From: Pseudobdellovibrionaceae bacterium | Lineage (GTDB): Bacteria; Bdellovibrionota; Bdellovibrionia; Bdellovibrionales; UBA1609 | Length of the DNA: 59,332 bases | Direction: 5' to 3' | NCBI GenBank assembly: GCA_043720065.1 | Contig: JAYSTF010000131.1 | Coordinates: forward strand, 1 to 59,332 | Shown: positions 28,159-38,563 of the stretch, in pieces | Position numbering within the stretch: position 1 is the stretch's first letter | Layout: each line of letters starts with the position of its first letter | Translations under genes and position numbers: made by a program | The notes under the pieces: model-generated | Database searches by the model: none | What the model was told of the DNA's origin: nothing | Seen by the model: only the letters and a program-made list of their open reading frames with translations

Positions 28159-29354
28159 AAGTCCTATTAATCGGATTTTTGACATTAGCCGTAGTCCCCC
28201 AATCGTGGGCCGAAGCGTCGAAAGTTGTTAGCCGCAAAATCGGCGACGTATACGCTAGTACATTTGGTATCGACATAGCAGCTTCCTTCGACCGTACTGG
28301 CCATCGCGACTATCATGCGCGAGTCAGGGGCTACGACAACACCGCAGTATTCGAATCGCAAGTTGATTTCGGAGTCAGCTCATTCGGACTTCCCAGAGCT
28401 GAGTTTGCAGGTCCTCCGTATATGACCTGCTCAGGAGGAGGAAGTTTTTGGAATGGCGACGATAACGGGACCAAACCATATAACAGCTCGAGTCCGACCT
28501 GCCAGTGGAATGTCGCTTTGATGAGATCTGAAGTGAAAGCGAGGCACAGAGATTGGATATCAACTTCCGTCCAATTTAGTCTGGAGGCAATGGGGCCAAA
28601 GATGAACTACATCTTGGGCAAGTTCAGCTACGAAGGACCGAAGATCGCCACAGACATCTCCGGTGCGGGGCGCACGCGAGTAGAATTCCCCGTAAGAGTA
28701 GTTCTCTCGAAATGCCAGAGGAAAACCGGCGAGATCTTTGCGGTCGAAAATCTTACCCAAGAATTAGCGAAAGCCACCGACCTACGGGAAATCTTGAGCT
28801 CGATGCGCTCGCTCGGGTTCGACCGACTAGTCCGCTGCGAATTTAAGCTAGACGTTCAAGAAATGCTAGGTGATGTTGAGAAGCTTACGAAAATTATCAA
28901 TAAACATTTTATGACTATGAGCTCGATCGACCAGGACGATCGCTTGTTCCTAAAGCCCGCCAGTGACCGTGAACTAATCTTGTTCAACCGAGTAGATTCG
29001 AGACGTGACCGCAATGTTGAGGCAACCTCAATTGCCGCAGCGGAGCGACTTATTAAGTTTATAACGGAAGAGTACGGAGACCTTCTGTACCGCTTGGACA
29101 ACGCGAAAAAATCAGAAGCTGAGAAAGAAGAAATAATAAAAGCTTTCTTCGTCCGAAATGAGACCCTAATTCGCGGTGAGCTGAAAATTGTCGATGACAA
29201 TTACTCCGAGGTTTCCCTAATGAACAAGATTTCCATGCTGCTCTCTTTTGACCGCATGTACGCGAGCATTCGCCAAATTGAAGCTCGTGTATCGAAGTCT
29301 AATGTCACCCTCGATCGCGTAATCCAGCGCCCGGTTACTGGAGACATCAGATGA
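28155..29354 (+). CDS. Secreted hypothetical protein
   Basis: SD AAGGAG, signal peptide SWA-E. Confidence 0.75.
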   Translation: MKVLLIGFLTLAVVPQSWAEASKVVSRKIGDVYASTFGIDIAASFDRTGHRDYHARVRGYDNTAVFESQVDFGVSSFGLPRAEFAGPPYMTCSGGGSFWNGDDNGTKPYNSSSPTCQWNVALMRSEVKARHRDWISTSVQFSLEAMGPKMNYILGKFSYEGPKIATDISGAGRTRVEFPVRVVLSKCQRKTGEIFAVENLTQELAKATDLREILSSMRSLGFDRLVRCEFKLDVQEMLGDVEKLTKIINKHFMTMSSIDQDDRLFLKPASDRELILFNRVDSRRDRNVEATSIAAAERLIKFITEEYGDLLYRLDNAKKSEAEKEEIIKAFFVRNETLIRGELKIVDDNYSEVSLMNKISMLLSFDRMYASIRQIEARVSKSNVTLDRVIQRPVTGDIR

Positions 29355-29453
29355 ATGTAACTATTGTGTGGGCGGATTATGATTGTATATCCGCACAAAA
29401 AATCGGGTTCATGGCCATCGTTAAAACTGCCATTGTAACCGTCGGTTGCAGGT

Positions 29454-29729
29454 GTGGATTTTCCGACAAATAGACCAGTGCCTGAACGCATTGCCATTTT
29501 GGTTGTTGCGGACAGCGAACGAATCCGAATTCCTGACACCGCCGTGCTGGAAAAGCCTAAAGCTGGGGTTGATTTTCCAACTGGTTTACGGCTTGCTCTT
29601 GCAAACATTCATAGTATTGAGAAAGCGATCGCTGGGCTCGATTACCCGACCGACGGGCCACCTAGTTTAAACCGTGATTTTTACGTGGTCGTGGATATAT
29701 TTGGAAATCGTTTCTCATTAGTTCACTAA
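29454..29729 (+). pseudogene. Degenerate ORF, possibly VOC/glyoxalase-like fragment
   Basis: C-terminal FYVVVDIFGNRFSLV resembles VOC DPxGN end; three AG(V/L)D(F/Y)PT repeats; no good start. Confidence 0.3.
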
Positions 29730-30255
29730 AAGTCGGCAGACGTTAGATCCCGCCGCGATATTTCCATAGCGGCGGAGTCGCCTGAGGCAAATAAATCCTG
29801 TGTAATCATTGTATGCCTGCCTTCACTTCAGCTACTTTCTATTTACCCTGCCACCCCAAAAATTAACTGTTTGAACAGTTGTCGCTAAGTTCACTCCGGC
29901 GCCGGACGAAGCGGCGCATCACAAGCAAATGATTTTGGTCGGACCCGGCGTCAGTTGGATTGTGCGTTTTCACTCAGAGGCATGTACCGGCGACGTCGCG
30001 GGTGATTCGACCCACTACTATTTTGAGGAGGATTGAAGAACTCGGCTTGTTTTCCTAGACGCTAATCGCCTTCGTAAAAGTTGCGAGAAAACCGAGGCGG
30101 CATAAAAAGCTCGCCCAGTTCGGAATCGATCCGCTAATTATACGTCGGTTCAGGTCCGGGTTGCGGGAAAATGATTGCCGCTCCTTATATACGATTCCGT
30201 TAATGCCGGCGCTACAGATTGCACTGCCAAAGCCGCAAAATCCAAAGAGGTGGCT

Positions 30256-30555
30256 ATGTCTAATGCAATGAAGTACATTAGAGATCTCGAAGCGGCAGGT
30301 TTTGAGCGAAACCAGGCCGAAGCTCAAGTTCAGATGGTCCTGGACGCGTTGGAAGGAGATCTCGTGACAAAAAGTGATTTCGCAATCTTCCAAGAGCGAT
30401 TAGAAAACCGATTCTCACATATCGACGCTAAGTTTACCCAGACCCAGCACGCTGTTAAAGAATCCGAATTCCGCCTAATAACACGGCTTGGATTTCTTGT
30501 CGTAAGCACCACATCGATCGCGGTTGCGACGCTTACTTGGCTGATAAAAACCTAA
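30256..30555 (+). CDS. DUF1640/CCDC90-like coiled-coil protein with C-terminal TM
   Basis: LEAAGFERNQAEA, DLVTKSD; SD AGAGGTGG before ATG 30256. Confidence 0.8.
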   Translation: MSNAMKYIRDLEAAGFERNQAEAQVQMVLDALEGDLVTKSDFAIFQERLENRFSHIDAKFTQTQHAVKESEFRLITRLGFLVVSTTSIAVATLTWLIKT

Positions 30556-30715
30556 TCTAAATGGGTTTACCGGCTCACGGCCTTCACTAAAACGTCAGCA
30601 GCACAGGTACGAAATGTTTTTCCGCATTTGGTGATTTTGATTCCGCATAGGCATTGCCGACTTGAACTTTAACGGGTTGTAACCCCAGGAAAGATGTCCT
30701 AGGAGACTGAGCTGT

Positions 30716-32119
30716 TCATTTCATTCGTGGAGTTGCACGACTGAGAATTTCCCAACAACTCTTCAAAATCGTATGGTCGGACGTGACCTTAATTTTAAGG
30801 TCACCGATCGAATTGAACGCCAGGGTCGTCATTGGCGAAATGGGTTTACCAGCTACCATGGCACGCCAAAGATTTTCCATCATTTTATGCTTCAAGTGGG
30901 TCTGCCATTTTCCTTCGCATAGTTCAAATCCCATCTCACAATGGCCAGCTCCTGAGATAGTAACTAGAGTCTTTTTATTGGATGGTATTTGACTATAGAT
31001 ATCGCGCGCCGAATTATTGGTCGTCTGCATGTCGTCCGTACCGGATACAACATAGACTGCAGGAATAACGGCACCACGTCTCGAATAAACATTGTTTGGG
31101 CTAACTTTTATGCTCTCCACGAATGGCTCTTCAGAGGCTCCGAGATCTCTTTTTGACTCCGGGACGATTTGGATAGCTCCGTTGCGCCAATGAATTTCAA
31201 AAGAGGAATAGGCTAATTCTTTCTTCAATAAGACCGTCTGGACGTAGCGATCAAAAAACAGTTCGTCGCCGAAAATATTTTCGGTTTCAATTAGATTGGG
31301 TTTCAAGGAGTCACTTTCCAAAACAGCTTTAATGGGCGTCCCATTTCGCCAGCGCTCAGCCATTTCACTAAGCTCCTTAGCCGAAACCGCCAGGCCCAAT
31401 TCTATTCCGTAACGCTTAATTCGCTCATAAATAAAAATTGATAGCCATTCACTTCCTTCCGCGGAGGAAGTCGCAACTGCGTCGAGGAAGGGCCAAAGGT
31501 TGGGGTACTTGGTGACGACTTGCTCAACGAACCCCAACAAGAAATTCATTTTAGAGGTTAGGCCCGATCCGGGATTTGAAGGACTGTGAAGTATTACGGA
31601 TCTGACCCGCCTAGGTTCTAATCTTGCGAACTCAAATGCGGGAACTGCGCCGGCGGAAAATCCTACCGCTACCAAATTGGTTATTTTATGCGCATTTGTT
31701 ATCGCCCTCGCATCGCGAGCCGTATTCAAGAAGGAATAAAACTCCGGATCACGATAGAGGTTCTCATCAGCAGGCCGAGAAAAGGCGACACCGCGAGAGT
31801 CAAATCGCAAGACATTACCAATGGCTTCGAGTTCAGGATCAGTGCCATTATGACTAGAGCCCCCAGGCCCGCCGTCAAAGATAATGATCGTGGGCTTGGT
31901 TGGATCAAATGGGCTTGCGAAATGGTAATAAATCGATGTGGTCCCTAGTTCGGGGCGCTCGTAGTCAATGGGTACCTGAATGAAACGGCCAGCCTCCTCG
32001 GATATCTTCAGGGACTCGTAAAGCACACGGCCCGACTTGTATTCGGCAAGACTCTGCATTGGCCATAGCGCCGTCAGATTCAGTATGGCAGTGATTAACA
32101 ATGAAATCGTCTTGTGCAT
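30716..32119 (-). CDS. Secreted alpha/beta hydrolase (prolyl aminopeptidase-like)
   Basis: Signal peptide from MHKTISLL; GGPGGS, DSRG, GFSAG nucleophile elbow, GTDD, AGH. Confidence 0.8.
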   Translation of the reverse strand: MHKTISLLITAILNLTALWPMQSLAEYKSGRVLYESLKISEEAGRFIQVPIDYERPELGTTSIYYHFASPFDPTKPTIIIFDGGPGGSSHNGTDPELEAIGNVLRFDSRGVAFSRPADENLYRDPEFYSFLNTARDARAITNAHKITNLVAVGFSAGAVPAFEFARLEPRRVRSVILHSPSNPGSGLTSKMNFLLGFVEQVVTKYPNLWPFLDAVATSSAEGSEWLSIFIYERIKRYGIELGLAVSAKELSEMAERWRNGTPIKAVLESDSLKPNLIETENIFGDELFFDRYVQTVLLKKELAYSSFEIHWRNGAIQIVPESKRDLGASEEPFVESIKVSPNNVYSRRGAVIPAVYVVSGTDDMQTTNNSARDIYSQIPSNKKTLVTISGAGHCEMGFELCEGKWQTHLKHKMMENLWRAMVAGKPISPMTTLAFNSIGDLKIKVTSDHTILKSCWEILSRATPRMK

Positions 32120-32395
32120 CTTAAAAACGGCTGCAATTTCAATACCTTCAAATTGCCGTAACTTTGTGCCCATTGGGCAGAATCCAATGAGATCTGGACG
32201 AGAACATTCCAATTTGGCCGTCTTGGTGGTCCATCATTTGCTCTTCGTAAATTCTGTATTCCTTAAATCGGACGTAGGAGACTTCGTGGGCTATTTTAGC
32301 ATGATTTGCCTGACGCCCACGAATGGCTAACTTTTTCGCACTGTCAGTTTTCAATCACCCTATATCTGGATAATAGGAGTAGGGCCAACACGGAT

Positions 32396-32411
32396 TGGCC
32401 CATTGCCTGCA
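32396..32411 (+). promoter_or_regulatory. Putative sigma54 promoter
   Basis: TGG-CCCATTGCCT-GCA upstream of metalloprotease. Confidence 0.45.
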
Positions 32412-32448
32412 ATTGAATAGGTCGGGTTAATCGATCAGTAACATAATT

Positions 32449-34437
32449 GTGTCTCAAAAGGGGAAACCTGTGAAAATACCAAAGCGCTTAAAGCAGGTAG
32501 GAAATCTGATTTTGATGCTCGGCCTTTCCGGGGGGATGATCACGTTGTTTCAGAATTTTTCTTCAGTTCAGGCCAAGTCTGTTCGTGCTACGGGCCAGCT
32601 TGAAACCGTCATTGAAGATTATAGGAGCCACAGTGTAACCCGTCATTTTTTAAAAACAGACAAAGGACGATTGGAACTTAAATTAAAAGGCAAAGAGCTT
32701 AATCTTCAAACAGGTGCCACCTTAGAAGTTTTAGGCAATCAAACAGGCAATATTTTAGAACTTAACTCCGTCGACAACTCCACTGTCTCTGTCGTCGCGG
32801 CAGCGCCGCTGCCTGGTACTGCCGGTGAGCAGCGGGTAGCTGTATTGTTAGTTAATTTTTTAGACAACGCTTCGCAGCCGTTTACCTTGGCCCAGGCCCA
32901 GGAGTCCGTTTTTACTCAGGTCAATAATTTTATGAAAGAAAATTCATTTCAAAAAACTTGGCTCACGGGCAACTCTTTTGGCTGGTGGACTTTGCAAATA
33001 AATGCGACTTGCAATGGATCCGACATAGCCAATGCCGCAAAACTTTCTGCAGCTGCAGTTGGCGTCGATCTTTCTGTCTACAATCGAATCATATATATCC
33101 ATCCCCCGATTTCTACTTGCGGCTGGTCAGGAGTTGGCACCCTGGGCGGCAATCCGTCGGAATCATGGATCAACGGTGGTCTAGGGATTAAAGTTATTTC
33201 CCATGAGTTAGGTCACAATTTTGGCCTTCAACATTCTCACTCGTTAGACTGCGACTTGAGCCCACTTGGCACAACTTGCGTGACTATGGATTACGGTGAT
33301 GTGGCGGATACTATGGGCAGCACCACATCAAGCCACTTCAATTCCTTTCAGAAAGAACGTCTTGGTTGGCTGGGTGACACGGGACAACCTACGATGGCCA
33401 TCGCGGCATCTTCTGGCACTTACAACATAGATACTTATGAAGTCATGAACACCAACTCTAAGACTTTAAAAATCCTTAAAAGCACAGATGCCTTAACCGG
33501 AGCAAAAACTTGGTATTACATCGAATACCGACAGCCAATTGGGTTTGATCAAGAACTCGCGACCCTTTACGGATCTAATCTGGTGAGCGGTGTTATTATT
33601 CGAATGGGCACTGATGGTGATCGCAATAGCAGTTACATCTTAGATATGACTCCGGGTACAATCCCCACGTTTGACATGGGTGATGCGGCCCTGACTCTTG
33701 GGCGTACGTTCAGTGATTCTGTAGCCGGGGTCAGTGTGACGCTATTGTCGATGAATGCGAATGGTGCGAGTGTTTCGGTCACCCTTTCCCCTCCTGAGTG
33801 CGTCCCGCAAAAGCCTTCGCTGGCGATTGCTCCCGATGGTTTATGGGGCAGCCCTGGCCAAACTCTTTCCTACACCGTCTCAGTTGGCAACAACGACCCT
33901 AGTAGCTGTGCTACATCAACTTTCGACGTGGTAGGAGTTGTTCCTACAGGTTGGGCGCAATCACATATCCCCTTTAGCGTGACACTCGCTCCAGGGGCGC
34001 AAATCACAAAATCAGTCAGCGTTACATCACCTGCCAATGCTGTCGTTGGTAGTTATAATGCCATTCAAGAATCAGTGAGCAGGGGCTCGGATTTGGCTCT
34101 CTCTGTATCAAGGTCGATCAATTACTTTATATTATATGGACCCATTGTAGACACCACCGCGCCCGTTACGGTGATTACAAATCCCACGAACGGTAACACC
34201 GTACCCACCAAGTCTACCGTTACGATTACCGCGAACACGACAGACAATGTGGGAATACAAAAGGTAGAGTTTCTCGTGAATGGCCGATTGACGTGCACGA
34301 GTTATTCCGTCGGTATATCATCTTGTACGTGGCTTGTTCCAAGAGCGATCAGGAAAACATACTCATTACAGACACGTGCCTTTGATAATGCTGGCAATGT
34401 TGGATTCTCACCGATCGTAAAAGTAACGTCTAATTAA
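32449..34437 (+). CDS. Exported zinc metalloprotease (M11/M6-like) with NEW3-like and Ig-like C-terminal domains
   Basis: HELGHNFGLQH, YGD..DTMG, YYIEYRQ; DTTAPV..AFDNAGNVG; N-terminal FQN motif. Confidence 0.8.
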   Translation: MSQKGKPVKIPKRLKQVGNLILMLGLSGGMITLFQNFSSVQAKSVRATGQLETVIEDYRSHSVTRHFLKTDKGRLELKLKGKELNLQTGATLEVLGNQTGNILELNSVDNSTVSVVAAAPLPGTAGEQRVAVLLVNFLDNASQPFTLAQAQESVFTQVNNFMKENSFQKTWLTGNSFGWWTLQINATCNGSDIANAAKLSAAAVGVDLSVYNRIIYIHPPISTCGWSGVGTLGGNPSESWINGGLGIKVISHELGHNFGLQHSHSLDCDLSPLGTTCVTMDYGDVADTMGSTTSSHFNSFQKERLGWLGDTGQPTMAIAASSGTYNIDTYEVMNTNSKTLKILKSTDALTGAKTWYYIEYRQPIGFDQELATLYGSNLVSGVIIRMGTDGDRNSSYILDMTPGTIPTFDMGDAALTLGRTFSDSVAGVSVTLLSMNANGASVSVTLSPPECVPQKPSLAIAPDGLWGSPGQTLSYTVSVGNNDPSSCATSTFDVVGVVPTGWAQSHIPFSVTLAPGAQITKSVSVTSPANAVVGSYNAIQESVSRGSDLALSVSRSINYFILYGPIVDTTAPVTVITNPTNGNTVPTKSTVTITANTTDNVGIQKVEFLVNGRLTCTSYSVGISSCTWLVPRAIRKTYSLQTRAFDNAGNVGFSPIVKVTSN

Positions 34438-34960
34438 AGCTTGAGCAGCGAGGTGTGCGGAAACGAAAGCTTTTTTGCTCCCCTTAAACCAGTTAGTTCC
34501 ATAAAGAAGCATGAGCCTAAAACCTTGGCGCCGCTTTTTGTAACTAAGTTTTCGACCGCTTGGGCGGTACCACCGGTTGCTAAAACATCGTCAATAATTG
34601 TGATCTTGTCTGATCCAGAAAGGGCGTCGGCGTTAATTTCAAGAGTGTCGCTGCCGTATTCGAGATTGTAGCTAACTGCTAAAGTTCGGCGAGGAAGTTT
34701 TCCGGGTTTTCTGACGAGAACAACTCCGGCTTCGATGTATTGTGCAATGGCAGCCGCGAGCAAAAACCCCCGGCTCTCAACCGCGACGAGCTTAGTGGTT
34801 CCGGGAAACACGGCTTCGCGCATATGTTGCGCTAGCGAGCGAAACGCTGCGTAATTTTCAAGAACCGGCGTGATGTCTTTAAATTGAATTCCGGGCTTAG
34901 GAAAATTGGGAACATTAATTAGCAGTTCGGCGATCTCTTGGAGGCTCATGCGATTATTCA
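34434..34960 (-). CDS. apt: Adenine phosphoribosyltransferase
   Basis: FPKPGIQFKDI, ESRGF, RKPGKLP, IIDDVLATGGT. Confidence 0.95.
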
Positions 34961-35338
34961 TTCGAAACTCCACATTTTGAAGCCGGCTTTTTCTGCCTTC
35001 GCTAAGTCAGCTTCGAAAATCTCATAGACATTCGCCATGCCGGTAGGTGACCCACAAACTTGGATGTGCATGAGGCCGTCGGATTTCTTCTGAGAAGAGA
35101 ATACGGTGACCTTTTTTAAGTCGTTGCCCATCTGCTCTACTGATACGGCTTTGCCTTGGCCGCACTGCAGACTGCCGTCGTATTTATAGACTTTCACTTT
35201 CCTGCTTGTGGCCCCGACCGGAACTTCATCGCCTTGGGGGGCGACCACCGTTATCGGTGGAGCGGCATCCGGAGGTCTACGGCAATGATGTTGAGCGCAG
35301 CCAACCAAAAGCAGAGAACTGAGAATTAAAAATCGCAT
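34958..35338 (-). CDS. Small lipoprotein
   Basis: LVGC lipobox; KYDGSLQC..VCG. Confidence 0.75.
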   Translation of the reverse strand: MRFLILSSLLLVGCAQHHCRRPPDAAPPITVVAPQGDEVPVGATSRKVKVYKYDGSLQCGQGKAVSVEQMGNDLKKVTVFSSQKKSDGLMHIQVCGSPTGMANVYEIFEADLAKAEKAGFKMWSFE

Positions 35339-35341
35339 GAC

Positions 35342-36475
35342 TTACTCCCACGGCCAAGTGCGGGTCCATCGCTTCCAATTCATCCCAAGGGCATAGAGGT
35401 TCGCACCGGCGCTCATGAAATAGACTTCATTTAACTTTTCATCAAGCACCGCGCGCGACGTCACTCCCCACCCGGGCTCGAACTGACCAACAATAGCACC
35501 GGTTCGCTGATCAAGAAAATTAAGTGGCCCGTTCATTTCTCCAGCTATAACGATTTCCTTATACAAAATCGGTTCTACACTGACGCCACTTGCGTTTTGG
35601 TGTGTCCAAATTGGTTTCCCGGAAGCTCGGTCGATGGCGATGACTTTGCCACTCGAGGTCGAATAATAAAGCCGGTCGTTTTGTACGGTCACAGTTGAGT
35701 CGCCGCCATCCTCATAGTTCCAGATCACCCTGCCATCTGCCCGATTGAGACAGTATAGAGCGCCATCGTAGCTACTAACATAAATGCGGTCATCAACGAC
35801 CACAGGGTGGGCATCGACGTCCCTAAATCGTTTGTTACGATTCAAGGGAACTTCCCAGACCAATGCCCCACTTGAGGCTTTTAAAGCCACCAAAAAGCCA
35901 TCGCTAAAACCGACATATAACATGTCGCCGACTACTTTTGGTTGGCTTCCACCGCGGATAGAAATCATTGATGGATCGCGGCGGGTGTAAACCCAAAGCA
36001 TTTTTCCAGTTGCAATTTCTAGGGCCGTCAAAACGTTATTGCCAGATACGAAGTAAACAGTGCCACCTTCCGCATAAGGAACAGACAGTCCCTCAGAGCG
36101 AAGCGGATAAGTCCACCTGACTTCACCAGTCGCGGCGTTTACCGCGTAAAAGAAGCCATCACTGGCGCCAAAGAGTAAGTCTTGGCCAGCGACGATCGCG
36201 CCCCCTTCAACTCCCTCGCGAAGGGAAAGCCGCCATTTTGGCTGAACGAGCTTACGATCATAGGCGACAATTCCATCGATCGAGTTGGCTTGAATGATGA
36301 GATCTTGGGTAAGAATCGGTGCAAATCGATGTTGCCGCCGGCTCCCCGCATGTTCCTTTGCAAGTGTGTTCCTGATCCAGTGGGTCTCAACCAGAAAGCG
36401 GTTGCTTCCTTTAGGTGGCGCTGTCGTGCACCCGATGCAAGTCAATAACAGCAACAGACATAAGCGTGTGATCAC
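35342..36475 (-). CDS. PQQ-type beta-propeller lipoprotein (BamB-like)
   Basis: IGC lipobox; repeated A..G...W motifs; follows yfgM-like gene. Confidence 0.8.
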   Translation of the reverse strand: MITRLCLLLLLTCIGCTTAPPKGSNRFLVETHWIRNTLAKEHAGSRRQHRFAPILTQDLIIQANSIDGIVAYDRKLVQPKWRLSLREGVEGGAIVAGQDLLFGASDGFFYAVNAATGEVRWTYPLRSEGLSVPYAEGGTVYFVSGNNVLTALEIATGKMLWVYTRRDPSMISIRGGSQPKVVGDMLYVGFSDGFLVALKASSGALVWEVPLNRNKRFRDVDAHPVVVDDRIYVSSYDGALYCLNRADGRVIWNYEDGGDSTVTVQNDRLYYSTSSGKVIAIDRASGKPIWTHQNASGVSVEPILYKEIVIAGEMNGPLNFLDQRTGAIVGQFEPGWGVTSRAVLDEKLNEVYFMSAGANLYALGMNWKRWTRTWPWE

Positions 36476-37305
36476 CCTTTAGACTCCGTTGAAGGTTTGG
36501 ATGGGCCTTCGAGTTGAAGAAGACGTAAATATGCTTTTGCGGAGCGACCAGCCTCCGAATCACCAAACTCCGTGCTTACGCGTTCAAATGTTCCTTTAGC
36601 CTGGTCAGTCTGACCAAGTTTTTCTTGGCAAACACCAAGTTTCAAAAGTGCATCGGGGTGAAGAAATTCAGCCTTTCGATCTTGTGTGATAGCTTCAAAT
36701 CCAGACGCAGCCCGAGTGTAATCGCCAAGCTCCATTGCAACCGTGGCTTTCTGAGTTTTCAAAAGCGCCGTTAATGATTCGTCCTTGGCGTGATCTACTT
36801 TGGCGAGTAAGGCATCGGCTAGTTCCGCTTTTTTATTGCTCAAATAAAGACCCACAAGATTAAGAGTGGAGACGGCCGCGGCATTTGTATTCTTGTGATT
36901 TTGAATTTCTTTTTCCAAGTCTTGGGCGAGGCTGGCGAAATCCTTTTCGAAATTAGGCTTTACCGTCTCAGTGGAAACAGGTTTGACGGGCTCTTTCGAT
37001 TTTCCGTTCTTTGCTTCATTTTGCTTTGCAATGTTTTGCAAGCGCTCATCTTCTTTGCGCGCGTACTCTTCCCGTTTGGCGCGAATCTTAGCTTCCACGC
37101 TATACATGGCGGCCGCAGCTTTGCGCTCAGTCATTCCGTTCCATTGGCCGTAAGCAACCCAGCCTATTCCGCCGACAAGCAATACGCCAAGTACAGTGCC
37201 AACGAGAGCGCGATTATGTTCAACCCAGTTTAGAAGTTTATCCGACGTCGTAAGAAACGCGTCTGGAGTTTTAGCATCAATGGCGGCTTGTGTTTTCTTA
37301 GACAT
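36472..37305 (-). CDS. YfgM-like membrane-anchored TPR protein
   Basis: N-terminal TM then TPRs; upstream of BamB-like gene. Confidence 0.7.
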   Translation of the reverse strand: MSKKTQAAIDAKTPDAFLTTSDKLLNWVEHNRALVGTVLGVLLVGGIGWVAYGQWNGMTERKAAAAMYSVEAKIRAKREEYARKEDERLQNIAKQNEAKNGKSKEPVKPVSTETVKPNFEKDFASLAQDLEKEIQNHKNTNAAAVSTLNLVGLYLSNKKAELADALLAKVDHAKDESLTALLKTQKATVAMELGDYTRAASGFEAITQDRKAEFLHPDALLKLGVCQEKLGQTDQAKGTFERVSTEFGDSEAGRSAKAYLRLLQLEGPSKPSTESKG

Positions 37306-37318
37306 TTTTTAAAACCCT

Positions 37319-38458
37319 TTATTTACGGTTAGTCATTTCTTTTAGTGTCGAGAATCTTCGAGACGTTCGGCCGTTGTGGCGTTGTCTTAAACCACCAATG
37401 GCGTTAATGCGAATTTCAGCCAAGCGGTCAGCCGCGCGATGAGTCGCGATATTCTCGGCCGCCGCAATTTTAAAGACATTGATCAAGTTTTCATAAACGG
37501 CTTTAGTTTTATCAAACGCTCTCTCCTGAGAATATCCCTCAAGCTCAACGAAAACATTCATGAGGCCACCAGAGTTAATCACATAATCAGGCGCATAGAG
37601 AATTCCAAGTTCAAGCAGATTATCGCCGTGGCGGTATTCGGCCAGCTGATTATTCGCGCCACCGGCAATGATTTTACACTTAAGATTACCGATCGTCTTA
37701 TCGTTAATCACCGCACCCATCGCACAAGGAGCAAAAACATCGCACTCGCTGGTGACGACAGACTCTGGATCAAGCGCTTTAAGTTGAAATTTCGAAGTGA
37801 TGTTCTTTACCCGCTCAGCATCGATGTCTGCGACACTTACGATCGCACCTTCTTTAACTAAATATTCGACAAGATTTGAGCCCACATTCCCTAGTCCCTG
37901 CACCGAGACGCGGATTCCTTGCAGTGTATCGGTGTTAAGCTTCGTCTTAACAGCCGCCTTGATTCCCATTAAAACGCCGTGGGCTGTATAAGGTGACGGA
38001 TCGCCGGATCCCCCAAGAACCACCGGAATTCCAGTTACGAATGGGGTTTCCATAAATACCCACTCCATATCGTTAACCGTAGTGCCGACGTCTTCCGCCG
38101 TGATGTATTTGCCTTGCATTGAATTGACGTAAGCCCCAAAGGCTCTAAAAAGCGCTTCAGTTTTGTCTTTTTTTGGGTCACCGATGATAACCGCTTTACC
38201 GCCACCAAGATTTAGACCTGCGGCAGAAGCCTTGTAGGTCATGCCTTTTGAGAGCCTGAGCACATCTATAAGGGCTTCTTCTTCGGAGCCATAGTTCCAC
38301 ATCCTGGTTCCGCCAAGTGCAGGGCCTAAGGACGTATTGTGAATGGCAATGATGGCTTTAAGGCCCACTTCTTTGTTATGGCAGAAAATAACTTCTTCGT
38401 GGTCTCCATGTTTGGAGATCAATTCAAAAGGTAGCAAGGGGCCTCCCAAAGCATGCAT
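37319..38458 (-). CDS. Leucine dehydrogenase (Glu/Leu/Phe/Val family)
   Basis: GPALGGTR, GMTYK, GGGK, TAEDVG, GLGNVG, GGANNQL. Confidence 0.92.
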   Translation of the reverse strand: MHALGGPLLPFELISKHGDHEEVIFCHNKEVGLKAIIAIHNTSLGPALGGTRMWNYGSEEEALIDVLRLSKGMTYKASAAGLNLGGGKAVIIGDPKKDKTEALFRAFGAYVNSMQGKYITAEDVGTTVNDMEWVFMETPFVTGIPVVLGGSGDPSPYTAHGVLMGIKAAVKTKLNTDTLQGIRVSVQGLGNVGSNLVEYLVKEGAIVSVADIDAERVKNITSKFQLKALDPESVVTSECDVFAPCAMGAVINDKTIGNLKCKIIAGGANNQLAEYRHGDNLLELGILYAPDYVINSGGLMNVFVELEGYSQERAFDKTKAVYENLINVFKIAAAENIATHRAADRLAEIRINAIGGLRQRHNGRTSRRFSTLKEMTNRK

Positions 38459-38563
38459 CTAGTCATTCAGCTTAAATGAGTCGTGGGAGAGAATAGATTC
38501 CCACATCTAGGGTGGGCAAGTGTCAAAGCGGGTATAGGACAACCCGCGTCGACAATCTTTAGG

